Source of the DNA: Candidatus Poriferisodalaceae bacterium
GTDB lineage: Bacteria; Actinomycetota; Acidimicrobiia; Acidimicrobiales; Poriferisodalaceae
Assembly (NCBI GenBank): GCA_965247395.1
Contig: OZ252012.1
Location: 242,434-306,433, forward strand
DNA: 64,000 bases
Direction of reading: 5' to 3'
Shown: one piece after another, positions 26,293 to 35,520 of the stretch
Numbering within the stretch: position 1 is the first letter of the stretch
Layout: every line of letters starts with the position of its first letter
Notes under the pieces: generated by a model
Seen by the model: only the letters and a program-made list of their open reading frames with translations
The model's database searches: none
Told to the model about the DNA's origin: nothing
Made by a program: the position numbers and the translations under genes

Positions 26293-27229
26293 CCAGCAAA
26301 ATAGTCAGCAAAACGAGCGCCAAGCCTCAACCGGCGCGCAGTCGCCTGGCACGGGCAGTGATTACGACCCGGCAACGGTGCCGATCCGCGATGCGGCGAC
26401 CGTTTTGATCCTGGATGAGCAACCGGATCTACACGTGTTGATGCTGCAGCGAAACGCCCGCTCGATATTTGTCGGCAACATGTGGGTATTCCCGGGTGGC
26501 GCTGTTGATCTTGAAGACGCTTCACGCCAAGCCGATGACACGGTCGCAGGATTAACCGACGCCGAAGCATCAAGGCGCTTAGGTATTACCAAAGGTGGCA
26601 TTGCGTTTTGGGTTGCCGCTTTACGGGAGACATTTGAGGAGGCGGGCGTCTTGTTGGCTCATGCGGCAAGAGACGAAGGCGCTGCTCCATCGAAGATCAT
26701 CGATCTGTCCGCACCCGAGGTAAGCGAACGTTTTGAGAGCTACCGCAGCGAGGTCAATGCTGGCGAGCGGGATTTCATCACCACGATGGTGTCCGAAGGC
26801 CTGCATCTGGATGGCAACAACGTCCATTTCGTCGGTCGCTGGATTACGCCGGAAGGCCCGCCGCGTCGCTACGACACAAGATTTTTCGTTACCACTATGC
26901 CCACCGCTCAGGTGCCGCTCCACGACAACGATGAGGCTGTTGGGCACAGATGGGTGCGAGCAAGCGACGCCATTTCGATGAACGAGCGCGGCGAAATGGT
27001 GATGATGACGCCCACAATCGGGATGCTTAAGCGCCTGGTGTGCTACGACTCAATTTCGCAAGCAACCCAGGCGGCAGCCAGAGCTAAGGAGACCGATGAC
27101 GAGAATGTTCGGATTCGGTTTAACAACGACGGACCGCATCGCATCGCATTTCCAGCAGATGATGACTATCACGAAGCCGATGGTCGTGTGGAGACCGGTA
27201 TGTTGCGGTGGCCGGCTTGGCAGAATTAG
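26222..27229 (+). CDS. NUDIX hydrolase
   Basis: Nudix box elements are present (FPGGAVD ... ALRETFEEAGVLL). The start is ambiguous: ATGs at 26222-26249 overlap the upstream gene, and GTG 26378 (VPIRDAATVLILDE) would avoid the overlap. Confidence 0.75.
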   Translation: MMPHMPLSCMTVKTVWFAQVSTINQQNSQQNERQASTGAQSPGTGSDYDPATVPIRDAATVLILDEQPDLHVLMLQRNARSIFVGNMWVFPGGAVDLEDASRQADDTVAGLTDAEASRRLGITKGGIAFWVAALRETFEEAGVLLAHAARDEGAAPSKIIDLSAPEVSERFESYRSEVNAGERDFITTMVSEGLHLDGNNVHFVGRWITPEGPPRRYDTRFFVTTMPTAQVPLHDNDEAVGHRWVRASDAISMNERGEMVMMTPTIGMLKRLVCYDSISQATQAAARAKETDDENVRIRFNNDGPHRIAFPADDDYHEADGRVETGMLRWPAWQN

Positions 27230-27240
27230 CCGTGTGCACG

Positions 27241-27314
27241 GCCTCCGTGGCGCAACTGGATAGCGCAGCGGGCTTCTATCCCGAAGGTTGCAGGTTCGAG
27301 TCCTGCCGGGGGCG
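27241..27314 (+). tRNA. tRNA-Arg (anticodon TCT)
   Basis: Acceptor GCCTCCG/CGGGGGC, D-arm GCGC-AACTGGATA-GCGC, anticodon loop CTTCTAT, T-arm GCAGG-TTCGAGT-CCTGC, discriminator G. Confidence 0.9.
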
Positions 27315-27317
27315 CAA

Positions 27318-27974
27318 ATGAGCAGCGCGGGTAACTCCAGCAGTAACTCCACCGGTAACTCCAGCAACAGCTCCACCGATAACCACACGGGTGCAGTAAC
27401 CGGTGTTGAGCCTGACCTGGATCGGATCGAAGCCGCTGTGCACGAGATATTGCTAGCGATCGGTGAAGATCCCAACCGCGACGGTCTGGTAAAGACCCCT
27501 AAGCGCGTTGCGCGCATGTATGCCGAGATCTTCTCGGGATTGCGCGAAGACCCTCAGCACCACCTTGAGGTGCAGTTTGAGTCGGGTCATAACGAGATGG
27601 TGATGCTGCGCGACATTCCCTTCTATTCAATGTGCGAACACCACTTGTTGCCCTTCTCCGGCATGGCTCATGTGGCATACATCCCCAGTGATGAGGGCAT
27701 CATCACTGGGCTGTCGAAGCTCGCTCGTCTAGTAGAGGCGTATGCCCTACGGCCTCAAGTGCAGGAGCGGCTGACGACGCAGGTAGCCGACAAGCTGGTG
27801 GAGGTGCTGAAACCGAGCGGTGTGCTGGTGGTGGTCGAGGCCGAGCATCAGTGCATGGCGATGCGCGGAGTTCGCAAACCCGGCTCGCTCACAATCACGT
27901 CGGCCGTGCGGGGACAGTTCTTAGAAGCCCCTACTCGTGCCGAGGCAATGAACCTGATTGGGATAGGCAGGTAG
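27318..27974 (+). CDS. folE: GTP cyclohydrolase I
   Basis: Conserved FolE core ([34 protein letters not shown]). The ATG at 27318 is 3 nt after the tRNA-Arg 3' end. The ORF-track start at 27288 lies inside the tRNA and is rejected. Confidence 0.9.
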   Translation: MSSAGNSSSNSTGNSSNSSTDNHTGAVTGVEPDLDRIEAAVHEILLAIGEDPNRDGLVKTPKRVARMYAEIFSGLREDPQHHLEVQFESGHNEMVMLRDIPFYSMCEHHLLPFSGMAHVAYIPSDEGIITGLSKLARLVEAYALRPQVQERLTTQVADKLVEVLKPSGVLVVVEAEHQCMAMRGVRKPGSLTITSAVRGQFLEAPTRAEAMNLIGIGR

Positions 27975-27981
27975 CAGCGGG

Positions 27982-28647
27982 TTAAATAGCCACGGGACTG
28001 ATGCCGAGCCCAAAGCGCTCCGACATGACTGTCAGCGTTATCCAATAATCAAAATCGGGCACGAAGTCTTCCAGCGTGAACCGTTGGCTGGTGTCATCAC
28101 CGCTAGCGGTATTGCCCCTTAGTTCGATTGCGTCGGTCTGCTTATCAAACAAAGCCAAGAGATCGGCTGCCGCCCCTTCAAATACCGCATCCACTTCACC
28201 TTGCGCTAAGCGGTAGTTATGCAGAGGCCGGTCGTCACGTAGCAAGAAGACATGGGTGAACTCCTTGTTCATCTGCCCTTCACCCTCGTTATCCACCAAA
28301 AGCCGAATACCCAACGGAGTTAGCTCGCCAGGATCGACCTGCACACCTATTTCCTCGGCTAACTCACGCACCCCGTCGCCGGGTGTCTCACCCGCAGCAA
28401 GGTGGCCTGCGGCGCTGACGTCTAGTAATCCACCGAAGGCGAGTTTCGAAGCGTGCCGACGTTGCAGCACCATGTTCGGAACGCCATCTCTCAGGGCAAC
28501 GATCTGGCAATGAAACACGGCGTGCCACAGGCCATGCCGATGAACGTGCGCGCGCGGCGCGGTACCTAACGGCTTGCCGTTGGCATCTAGAAAGTCAAGT
28601 AGTTCAGATTTGTTTGAGTTGTCGCTACAGGAGTTTGGCGTAGTCAT
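27982..28647 (-). CDS. NUDIX hydrolase (IPP-isomerase-like subgroup)
   Basis: MTTPNS... starts at ATG 28647. The Nudix box is GHLAAGETPGDGVRELAEEIGV. The longer ORF-track form overlaps the LLM gene and is rejected. Confidence 0.75.
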   Translation of the reverse strand: MTTPNSCSDNSNKSELLDFLDANGKPLGTAPRAHVHRHGLWHAVFHCQIVALRDGVPNMVLQRRHASKLAFGGLLDVSAAGHLAAGETPGDGVRELAEEIGVQVDPGELTPLGIRLLVDNEGEGQMNKEFTHVFLLRDDRPLHNYRLAQGEVDAVFEGAAADLLALFDKQTDAIELRGNTASGDDTSQRFTLEDFVPDFDYWITLTVMSERFGLGISPVAI

Positions 28648-29476
28648 CAAGGATCGGTAGCACCTCGTCGGCGGGTGCAGGCGGTAAGCCAAGTACCACC
28701 CGAGTTGCGCCAGCCTCGGCAACTTTCTCCAAGATTTCAGGCTTTGCGGGAGTACCGAACTGGCCAAATTCCATTTCGTTCGGGTCACGTCCGGCCTCAA
28801 CTGCGGCTTCACGAACTCGTTGGATTGGCTCAGCGAGGTCATGCCGGCCTGAGATTGGCATCCAGCCATCACAAAACTCAACGATGTCTGCGATTGTCTT
28901 CGGACCAGCTGCGCCGCCCAAGATCACCTTCGGACCGCCGGACTGAGCGGGTTTCGGCCACGACCAGATGGAAGAGAAATCAACCCAGTCACCGTGATAC
29001 TCCGCCTCATCGTTTTCCCAAATGCTGCGTACGGCCAGCATGCGCTCACGTAGTACCGCTCGCCGGTCGGTGTATTTGACCCCGTGGTGCGCCAACTCCT
29101 CCTTGTTCCAGCCATAGCCAATGCCTAGAACGAAGCGACCGCCGGATATCACGTCTAGCGACGCAGCCTCTTTGGCTAACCAAAGAGGATCGCGTTGGGC
29201 CACAAGCGTGATGCCTGTTCCCAGGATGATGTTCTTGGTAACTGCAGCTGCCGCACCCAAGGCAACGAACTGATCGTGTGAACGCCAGTATTCCTCAGGC
29301 AAAGGCGGCGCACCCTCGTTGCCACCCCACGGAGTTACACGACTAGTGGGGATGTGGCTGTGCTCCGGGAACCAAAGCGATTCGAATCCACGTTCTTCAA
29401 CGGCCATGGCCAACTCAACTGGACCGATCGCCTTATCGGTGGGGAACATCATTACGCCCACATTTATTTGGCTCAT
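28625..29476 (-). CDS. LLM-class (luciferase-like) F420-dependent oxidoreductase
   Basis: 283 aa with a typical LLM N-terminus (GVMMFPTDKAI...ERGFESLWFPEHSHIP). Confidence 0.85.
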   Translation of the reverse strand: MSQINVGVMMFPTDKAIGPVELAMAVEERGFESLWFPEHSHIPTSRVTPWGGNEGAPPLPEEYWRSHDQFVALGAAAAVTKNIILGTGITLVAQRDPLWLAKEAASLDVISGGRFVLGIGYGWNKEELAHHGVKYTDRRAVLRERMLAVRSIWENDEAEYHGDWVDFSSIWSWPKPAQSGGPKVILGGAAGPKTIADIVEFCDGWMPISGRHDLAEPIQRVREAAVEAGRDPNEMEFGQFGTPAKPEILEKVAEAGATRVVLGLPPAPADEVLPILDDYAKLL

Positions 29477-29581
29477 TTGCCGACTCCTCAGTTTCTGCGT
29501 ACGCCTAGCGGTGCACTTGGGCGCGTAGCGTAGCTTTTTGCCAGACGCTCTTCACGAGAGCGGTCGCAAGGAGTTCACCCA

Positions 29582-29773
29582 ATGCCGGTAGCACTTAATG
29601 CAGAGCTGTGCATTGGAAGCGGATCATGTGAGGATCTTGCCCCGCAGGTCTTTCAAATGGGTGATGAGGGAGTGGTAACCGTGGTTGATCCAAACCCGCC
29701 AAGCGATCTGGTCGAAGCGGTCGAACAAGCGGCCCTTAATTGTCCAACGGCAGCGATTACCGTAACTGACTAG
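29582..29773 (+). CDS. small single-cluster ferredoxin
   Basis: 63 aa with CIGSGSCEDLAP ... CPTAAI cluster ligands. Confidence 0.75.
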   Translation: MPVALNAELCIGSGSCEDLAPQVFQMGDEGVVTVVDPNPPSDLVEAVEQAALNCPTAAITVTD

Positions 29774-29832
29774 CGATTTGTTTGCTAGCTATACGCTTCA
29801 CAGCAATTTGTTTGCTAGCTATACGCTTCACA
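29773..29832 (+). repeat. 2 x 30-bp tandem direct repeat just upstream of tRNA-Pro
   Basis: GCGATTTGTTTGCTAGCTATACGCTTCACA / GCAATTTGTTTGCTAGCTATACGCTTCACA (1 mismatch). It begins at the last base of the ferredoxin stop codon and ends 5 nt before the tRNA. Confidence 0.9.
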
Positions 29833-29837
29833 ATGAC

Positions 29838-29911
29838 CGGGACGTGGCGCAGTTTGGTAGCGCACCCGCTTTGGGAGCGGGGGGTCGCGGGTTCAAATCC
29901 CGCCGTCCCGA
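29838..29911 (+). tRNA. tRNA-Pro (anticodon TGG)
   Basis: Acceptor CGGGACG/CGTCCCG, anticodon stem-loop CCCGC-TTTGGGA-GCGGG, T-arm GCGGG-TTCAAAT-CCCGC, discriminator A. Confidence 0.9.
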
Positions 29912-29997
29912 CAGATACAGGCCAGTGGCCAAAGATAGATCCGTCGCTTTGAACGAGCCTTTGGATGATATGGACTAACAGTGGTATTTTTTGAACC

Positions 29998-30474
29998 ATG
30001 TCGGACTCGTTTCAAGGCCCACCAGAGCCAACCTATGTTGTTCCCTATCTGATTATTGACGGGGCGTCGGATGCGATTGAGTTTTACAGCAAAGCATTTA
30101 GTGCCGTTGAACTGATGCGTATGCCCGCACCTGACGGGCGGCTGTTGCACGCTTCGATCATGATCGGCGAAGGAGTAGTGCACCTGTGTGATGACTTCTC
30201 TGAAAGACAAGACGACATGAAGTCGCCGCCCAGGCTGGGAGGCAGCACGGTAACCATGCATCGTCAGGTGGAGAATTGTGACGCAGTGGTTAAAAAGGCC
30301 GCCGATGCTGGTGCGGTAGTAACCATGGAACCGACCGACATGTTCTGGGGCGACCGGTTTGCCAAAGTCCGTGACCCGTTTGGTCACGACTGGTCAATCG
30401 CAACTCATGTGCGCGATGTTTCCCCAGAAGAAATGCAGGCCGCAGCCGCTGAAATGGACTGGGGTCAGCAGTAA
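29998..30474 (+). CDS. VOC/glyoxalase-family protein (PhnB-like)
   Basis: 158 aa with a PhnB-like pattern (YLIIDGASDAIEFYSKAFSA ... FWGDRFAKVRDPFGHDWSI). Confidence 0.75.
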   Translation: MSDSFQGPPEPTYVVPYLIIDGASDAIEFYSKAFSAVELMRMPAPDGRLLHASIMIGEGVVHLCDDFSERQDDMKSPPRLGGSTVTMHRQVENCDAVVKKAADAGAVVTMEPTDMFWGDRFAKVRDPFGHDWSIATHVRDVSPEEMQAAAAEMDWGQQ

Positions 30475-31431
30475 GTGCTACATGATTTTGCAGGCTCTAT
30501 AGCCGTCGTTACGGGTGGTGGCACCGGCATGGGACGTGAATTGGTGTGCCGTCTGGCTGCCAAAGGCGCTCACGTTGCTACCTGCGACGTAAACCCTGGG
30601 ACGTTGACTGAGACGCTGAGCCTGGCGGCCGACGATGCCGCGCCAGGCGTACGGCTAACCAGCCACATCTGTGATGTGGCCGACAAGGGCCAGGTAGCGA
30701 GCTTTCGTGATGCCGTCGTAGCCGAGCACGAAACCGATCACATCAACGCTCTTTTCAACAACGCCGGCATCGCCGGTGGCTCCAGCTTCGTGCTGGACAA
30801 CCAACGAGACGGCTGGGAAAAAACGTTCGCGGTCTGCTGGGGTGGCGTCTACAATTGTGCTCACGCGTTCATGGATTTGCTTGTGCGCTCCGACAATGCC
30901 GCGCTGGTTAACACCAGCAGCATCAACGGGTTTTGGGCCACCGTCGGGCCTGCCCTGGAACACACGGCTTACTGTGCTGCGAAGTTTGCGGTGAAGGGTT
31001 TCACCGAGGCGTTAATGATCGATCTTGCCCTGCATGCGCCCCACGTGTCGGCTCATGTTGTTATGCCTGGGCATATTGGCACCTCAATTGCTATTAACAG
31101 CACCGAGATTCACGGCGGCATAGACGTAGTAAGGGTGCGCAAAATGTTGTCGCAACGCGGCATAAATCCGGACGCGCTCAGCGACGACGAGCTCAAAGAG
31201 ATAGTCGAAGATCGCAATCAGTCGTTTCGCGATGATGCTCCCACTACGGCCAGCCAAGCGGCCGATGTCATCTTGGAAGGGGTCACAGCGGGGCGCTGGC
31301 GCATCCTGGTAGGGGACGACGCTCACGCCATTGACGAAGCGGTACGTGCTGATCCCGAGAGCGCTTACACCGAAGAGTTCCTAAACAAGCTGATGGCATC
31401 AGGGCACCTAGGCGGTCTCGCTGCCACTTAA
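30475..31431 (+). CDS. SDR-family oxidoreductase
   Basis: 318 aa, GTG start abutting the VOC stop, with VVTGGGTGMG and the catalytic YCAAK. Confidence 0.85.
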   Translation: MLHDFAGSIAVVTGGGTGMGRELVCRLAAKGAHVATCDVNPGTLTETLSLAADDAAPGVRLTSHICDVADKGQVASFRDAVVAEHETDHINALFNNAGIAGGSSFVLDNQRDGWEKTFAVCWGGVYNCAHAFMDLLVRSDNAALVNTSSINGFWATVGPALEHTAYCAAKFAVKGFTEALMIDLALHAPHVSAHVVMPGHIGTSIAINSTEIHGGIDVVRVRKMLSQRGINPDALSDDELKEIVEDRNQSFRDDAPTTASQAADVILEGVTAGRWRILVGDDAHAIDEAVRADPESAYTEEFLNKLMASGHLGGLAAT

Positions 31432-31553
31432 CTTGGCTAGCACCCGAGTTCGCCTGTATCGCTCGCGCGCTCGTCTGTATCGCTCGCGTTCGCTTATGCC
31501 GACTGCTAGCACAGCCTCTGTTTGAATTTGCTAGGCGTTAGCGTGGCGAGCCT

Positions 31554-31625
31554 GCGGACGTAGTTCAATGGCTAGAACCTCAGCCTTCCAAGCTGATGAT
31601 GCGAGTTCGATCCTCGTCGTCCGCT
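31554..31625 (+). tRNA. tRNA-Gly (anticodon TCC)
   Basis: Acceptor GCGGACG/CGTCCGC, anticodon stem-loop TCAGC-CTTCCAA-GCTGA, T-loop TTCGATC, discriminator T. Confidence 0.9.
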
Positions 31626-31727
31626 CAAGCTAGTTCCAGCGATTTCTAAGGTTCTGCTGCTGGGTTGCTGTCCTCTTTCGGGCTGAGTTGCTGTGGCTGC
31701 TCTCATCAGCGAGAGCGTTAGAGTTGC

Positions 31728-33296
31728 TTGCCCGTGAAGACCACCCTTACGTGCTTGGATCCTGTCGATTTCATAGGGCCAGAACAAGCACCGCCAGAGC
31801 AAACATCACCTGATCAGGACGATGCCGTCGCTGAGCAAACATCAGGCTCAGACACTGCGGCTGAGAGCCCAGTGGCTGAGAGCACGGCGGGTGAAGGCCC
31901 AGTAGCTGAGAGCACAGTCGGCGAAGACACGGCTGCACCGGTTAGCCACATTCGCTACGTAGGGCCCAAAGTGAAGCTCGAGGTCAGCATTGATGAGGGA
32001 GCCTTTGCTGCTGAGATCGACGAGGCCTTTAAAAAAATCAGCCAACAGGTCCGCGTGCCCGGATTTCGCCCTGGTCACACCCCACGCAAGGTGCTGGAAG
32101 CAAAGATCGGAGCTCAGGCCGGACGTGCGCAGGCGCTGGAAGATTCCATCCCACGCATGTACACCAAGGCACTGCGCGACAACGGCGTAGAAGCGGTCGG
32201 GCAACCCGAGATTGAAGTGACCGCAGGTCTGGAATCTGGTGCGGTGGAGTTTGAAGCCGTTGTTGAGGTACGACCCCAGGTAGAAGTAGCTGGCTACGAA
32301 AAGCTCCGTATCGAGCTACCCAGCCCTACTCCCAGCGATGACGAGATCGACGAGCAGGTACAAGCCACGCTCAAGCAGTTCGCAGAGCTATCTGAGGTAG
32401 ATCGACCAGCCCAGACGGGCGACCACCTCACCATCGACATCGAAGGCTCTGTTGAGGGGGAGCCTCTGCCAGGGCTATCCGCTCAGGAGTACGTCTATGA
32501 AGTGGGATCGGCTGGCATCGTTGCTGAGGTTGACGAACAGCTGACCGGGGCTTCCGCCGGCGGCGACTGCGAATTTTCGGCTCCGCATCCTGTGCAAGAA
32601 GATATGGCCATCGATTTTCAGATAAAGGTCCACAAGGTTTCTGAGCTCGTGCTGCCTGAGCTAACCGATGACTGGGTTGACGAAAACACCGAACACGACA
32701 ACGTCGAGGCCATGCGGTCTACGTTCGCCGATCAGCTCGGCTTCAGTCACAAATTGCAGGCAACAATGAGCATGCGAAGCGAAGCCGAACGCATGATTGC
32801 CGACTTAGTGCCGAGCCCCGTGCCCGACTCGATGATCGCCGGTGCCGTAACGAACCGCATTCAAGAGTTAGCAGGCCAGCTGCAGCAGCGTCAGATGGAG
32901 TTTGAACAGTGGCTGCAGTCAACCGGGCAGTCAGCGGATGAGTTCATGCAAAGACTGCGTGATGAGGCCGAGATGGGGGTCAAGCTCAACCTGGCCTTAA
33001 CGGCGGTATCGCAAACCCAAGAGCTGTCAGCCACCGAAGAAGAGATAGCGGCTGAGTATGAACGGCTGGCAGAAGCCAACAACACCGATGTTGCGTCGCT
33101 TACGGCCGAAGATGGTGCGGGGCCTTCGGCGCTAGCGGTCAAGTCGTGGCTGGCACACAACAAGGCCATGGACTGGGTGGTTGAGTCGGCCGAGCTGGTC
33201 GATGAACAAGGAAACCCAATAGACCGGGCCGATCTTGAACTAATCCCAAACCCCAGCGACAACCCCACCGACGAACAGGATTCCGCAGATGATTAA
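31728..33296 (+). CDS. tig: trigger factor with an acidic low-complexity N-terminal extension
   Basis: Contains the ribosome-binding motif [13 protein letters not shown], a PPIase-like middle and a C-terminal arm domain. The outermost start is TTG 31728. No ATG precedes the conserved core, so the real start is uncertain (an in-frame GTG at about 31872 is possible). Confidence 0.85.
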   Translation: MPVKTTLTCLDPVDFIGPEQAPPEQTSPDQDDAVAEQTSGSDTAAESPVAESTAGEGPVAESTVGEDTAAPVSHIRYVGPKVKLEVSIDEGAFAAEIDEAFKKISQQVRVPGFRPGHTPRKVLEAKIGAQAGRAQALEDSIPRMYTKALRDNGVEAVGQPEIEVTAGLESGAVEFEAVVEVRPQVEVAGYEKLRIELPSPTPSDDEIDEQVQATLKQFAELSEVDRPAQTGDHLTIDIEGSVEGEPLPGLSAQEYVYEVGSAGIVAEVDEQLTGASAGGDCEFSAPHPVQEDMAIDFQIKVHKVSELVLPELTDDWVDENTEHDNVEAMRSTFADQLGFSHKLQATMSMRSEAERMIADLVPSPVPDSMIAGAVTNRIQELAGQLQQRQMEFEQWLQSTGQSADEFMQRLRDEAEMGVKLNLALTAVSQTQELSATEEEIAAEYERLAEANNTDVASLTAEDGAGPSALAVKSWLAHNKAMDWVVESAELVDEQGNPIDRADLELIPNPSDNPTDEQDSADD

Positions 33297-33984
33297 TCCC
33301 AGCAACTACCTAGTGCCAACGGTGGTCGAGCAGACCAACCGTGGTGAGCGGGCATACGACCTGTATTCGCGTCTGCTGAAAGAGAACATCGTTTTCTTGG
33401 GCACGCCCATCGACGACGTCATCGCCAACCTGGTGTGCGCCCAGCTCATACACCTGGAGTCTGAAAACCCTGAGCGCGACATCAACATCTATATCAACTC
33501 ACCAGGCGGCGACATCAGCGCTCTGTTTGCGATCTACGACACCTCTCAGTACATCCGCAATGACATCACCACCATTTGCCTGGGGCAGGCCGCTTCGGCC
33601 GCGGCAGTTTTGCTGGCTGCCGGCACTCCCGGCAAGCGCATGGCGTTGCCGCACGCGCGTGTGTTGCTCCATCAGCCCTACGGCTCGGCCATGGGCCAAG
33701 CAACAGATATCGAATTGGCGGCGAAGGAAATCGATCGCATGCGGGCATTGCTAGAAAGCATCCTTGCCAAGCACACCGGCCGCTCTCTCGAAGAGATTCA
33801 CAATGACACCGATCGCGACTTCATCATGGATGCCCAGGCAGCCAAGGAATACGGAATGATCGACGAGGTAATCGCCATGCGCGATCCCATCGACAACAGT
33901 CCGGTTAACGCCTCAAACGGTAAGGCCGCCAGCGAAGATTCTCCCAAATCCGAACCAAAAGCCCAGAGCGCACTTGACGAATAG
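33289..33984 (+). CDS. clpP: ATP-dependent Clp protease proteolytic subunit
   Basis: 231 aa with [13 protein letters not shown] and DTDRD triad contexts. Its start overlaps the tig stop by 8 nt. It carries a C-terminal ~35-aa hydrophilic tail. Confidence 0.9.
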   Translation: MINPSNYLVPTVVEQTNRGERAYDLYSRLLKENIVFLGTPIDDVIANLVCAQLIHLESENPERDINIYINSPGGDISALFAIYDTSQYIRNDITTICLGQAASAAAVLLAAGTPGKRMALPHARVLLHQPYGSAMGQATDIELAAKEIDRMRALLESILAKHTGRSLEEIHNDTDRDFIMDAQAAKEYGMIDEVIAMRDPIDNSPVNASNGKAASEDSPKSEPKAQSALDE

Positions 33985-34162
33985 CTGTCAAGCAGCAGTA
34001 ACGATTTAGCAATAAATATGCACCATTTGGTGCGCGCGGCTTAGTACTTTCTACCAATGCGCTACCTGGACTATCCCAGTGTGTGCCATCCTGTTGTGGC
34101 ACGCTAGCGACCAGGAAAACCCGGCTAAAAAGCGATTTATGTGAGCAAAGGAGGGATGAACA

Positions 34163-35461
34163 GTGGCGAAAATAGGCGAGGCTCCCCAAATCCCCTCATG
34201 CAATTTCTGCAATAAGTCGCGCAAAGAGGTCAACATGCTGGTGTCTGGGCCAGCAAACATCCACATTTGCAACGAATGCATTGAGCTTTGCGCAGAGATA
34301 ATTGACGACGGCCCTGAACCGTCTGAAGGCCCCGTCTTGGCGGCAGTCCCCAAGCCGCAAGAGATCAACGCTTTCCTAGATGAATACGTTGTCGGCCAGG
34401 CGCGTACCAAGATGGTCTTATCGGTAGCGGTTTACAACCACTACAAGCGGATAGGCCTTGGCGGCGCCGACGCCTCCGCGCCACCTGCCGATGCTGACGT
34501 GGAGCTCGAAAAATCAAACATCCTGCTGATTGGCCCCACCGGATGCGGCAAGACGTTGATGGCGGAGAAATTGGCACGCATGCTCGACGTTCCTTTTGCT
34601 ATCGCTGACGCCACCGCCTTAACCGAAGCTGGCTATGTGGGTGAGGACGTCGAGAATATTTTGCTGAAGCTCGTTAAGGCTGCCGATTTTGATATCGGGC
34701 GAGCCGAGACCGGCATCATCTACATCGACGAAATTGACAAGATCGCGCGCAGAGCAGAGAGCGCCTCGATTACTCGTGATGTCTCCGGCGAAGGAGTGCA
34801 GCAAGCGCTGCTGAAAATTCTCGAAGGAACGGTGGCGTCAATGCCTCCGCAAGGCGGACGTAAGCACCCTCAACAAGAGTTTTTACATATTGACACCAGC
34901 AAGGTTCTATTCATCTGCGGTGGAGCATTTGATGGCCTAGAGCGCATCATCAGTGATCGGATTGGCAAGCGATCGGTGGGCTTTGGTGCGGATATTCGCA
35001 TAGCTGCTGATCAAAACTCGGTCGCAGTGCTGCCCGAGGTGCTGCCAGAAGACCTACAGCAATTCGGACTAATTCCCGAATTCATTGGACGGTTGCCTGT
35101 AATAGGAGTGGTGGATCGACTTGATACGGAATCGTTGCGAGAGATTCTCATCAGTCCCAAGAACGCTCTGGTGCGCCAGTTCAAGCGCTCTCTAGAACTT
35201 GACGGCGTCGATCTGGAATTCACCGACGACGGGCTCGACGCCATAGTTGAGCTAGCTCTGTTACGCAACACAGGCGCACGCGGCCTGCGAGCAATACTTG
35301 AAGAGGTGCTGCTGGGATTGATGTTTGAAGTTCCCAGCCGCGATGACGTTGAGCATGTAGCGATCGACCGCTCTTATGTATCTGAGCGAGTGGGTTACGC
35401 GTTTCCAGCGACAGATCCCTCCTCGGAACCACCAGAAGAAAAGACTCGCGCAGCCTCTTGA
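34163..35461 (+). CDS. clpX: ATP-dependent Clp protease ATP-binding subunit ClpX
   Basis: Zinc-binding N-domain CNFC...CNEC, Walker A GPTGCGKT and the IGF-type loop region. The GTG start is preceded by AAAGGAGGG. Confidence 0.95.
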   Translation: MAKIGEAPQIPSCNFCNKSRKEVNMLVSGPANIHICNECIELCAEIIDDGPEPSEGPVLAAVPKPQEINAFLDEYVVGQARTKMVLSVAVYNHYKRIGLGGADASAPPADADVELEKSNILLIGPTGCGKTLMAEKLARMLDVPFAIADATALTEAGYVGEDVENILLKLVKAADFDIGRAETGIIYIDEIDKIARRAESASITRDVSGEGVQQALLKILEGTVASMPPQGGRKHPQQEFLHIDTSKVLFICGGAFDGLERIISDRIGKRSVGFGADIRIAADQNSVAVLPEVLPEDLQQFGLIPEFIGRLPVIGVVDRLDTESLREILISPKNALVRQFKRSLELDGVDLEFTDDGLDAIVELALLRNTGARGLRAILEEVLLGLMFEVPSRDDVEHVAIDRSYVSERVGYAFPATDPSSEPPEEKTRAAS

Positions 35462-35520
35462 ATCACATCTGCTGTCCGTCTAACGCAGCAAATGGATGCC
35501 AATAACGCGGGAAATGACTA

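Noticed and set aside
29893-30387. 164-aa minus-strand ORF spanning tRNA-Pro and the VOC-family gene
   Set aside because: It overlaps a well-folded tRNA and an oppositely oriented gene with clear family similarity, and its sequence has no recognisable features.
25057-31625. Five tRNA genes scattered over 6.6 kb among small accessory-type enzymes: an integration hotspot or genomic island?
   Set aside because: There are no integrase, recombinase or phage genes. I found no direct repeat of any tRNA 3' end that would mark an att site, and I saw no obvious compositional break by eye. I treat it as an ordinary chromosomal arrangement.
33985-34162. Palindromes in the clpP-clpX spacer (GCACCA-TT-TGGTGC at about 34020; GTGCCA-N8-TGGCAC at about 34083) as ClgR operators or terminators
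   Set aside because: Neither matches the ClgR-type operator as I remember it, and neither is followed by a U-tract. The evidence is too weak to call.
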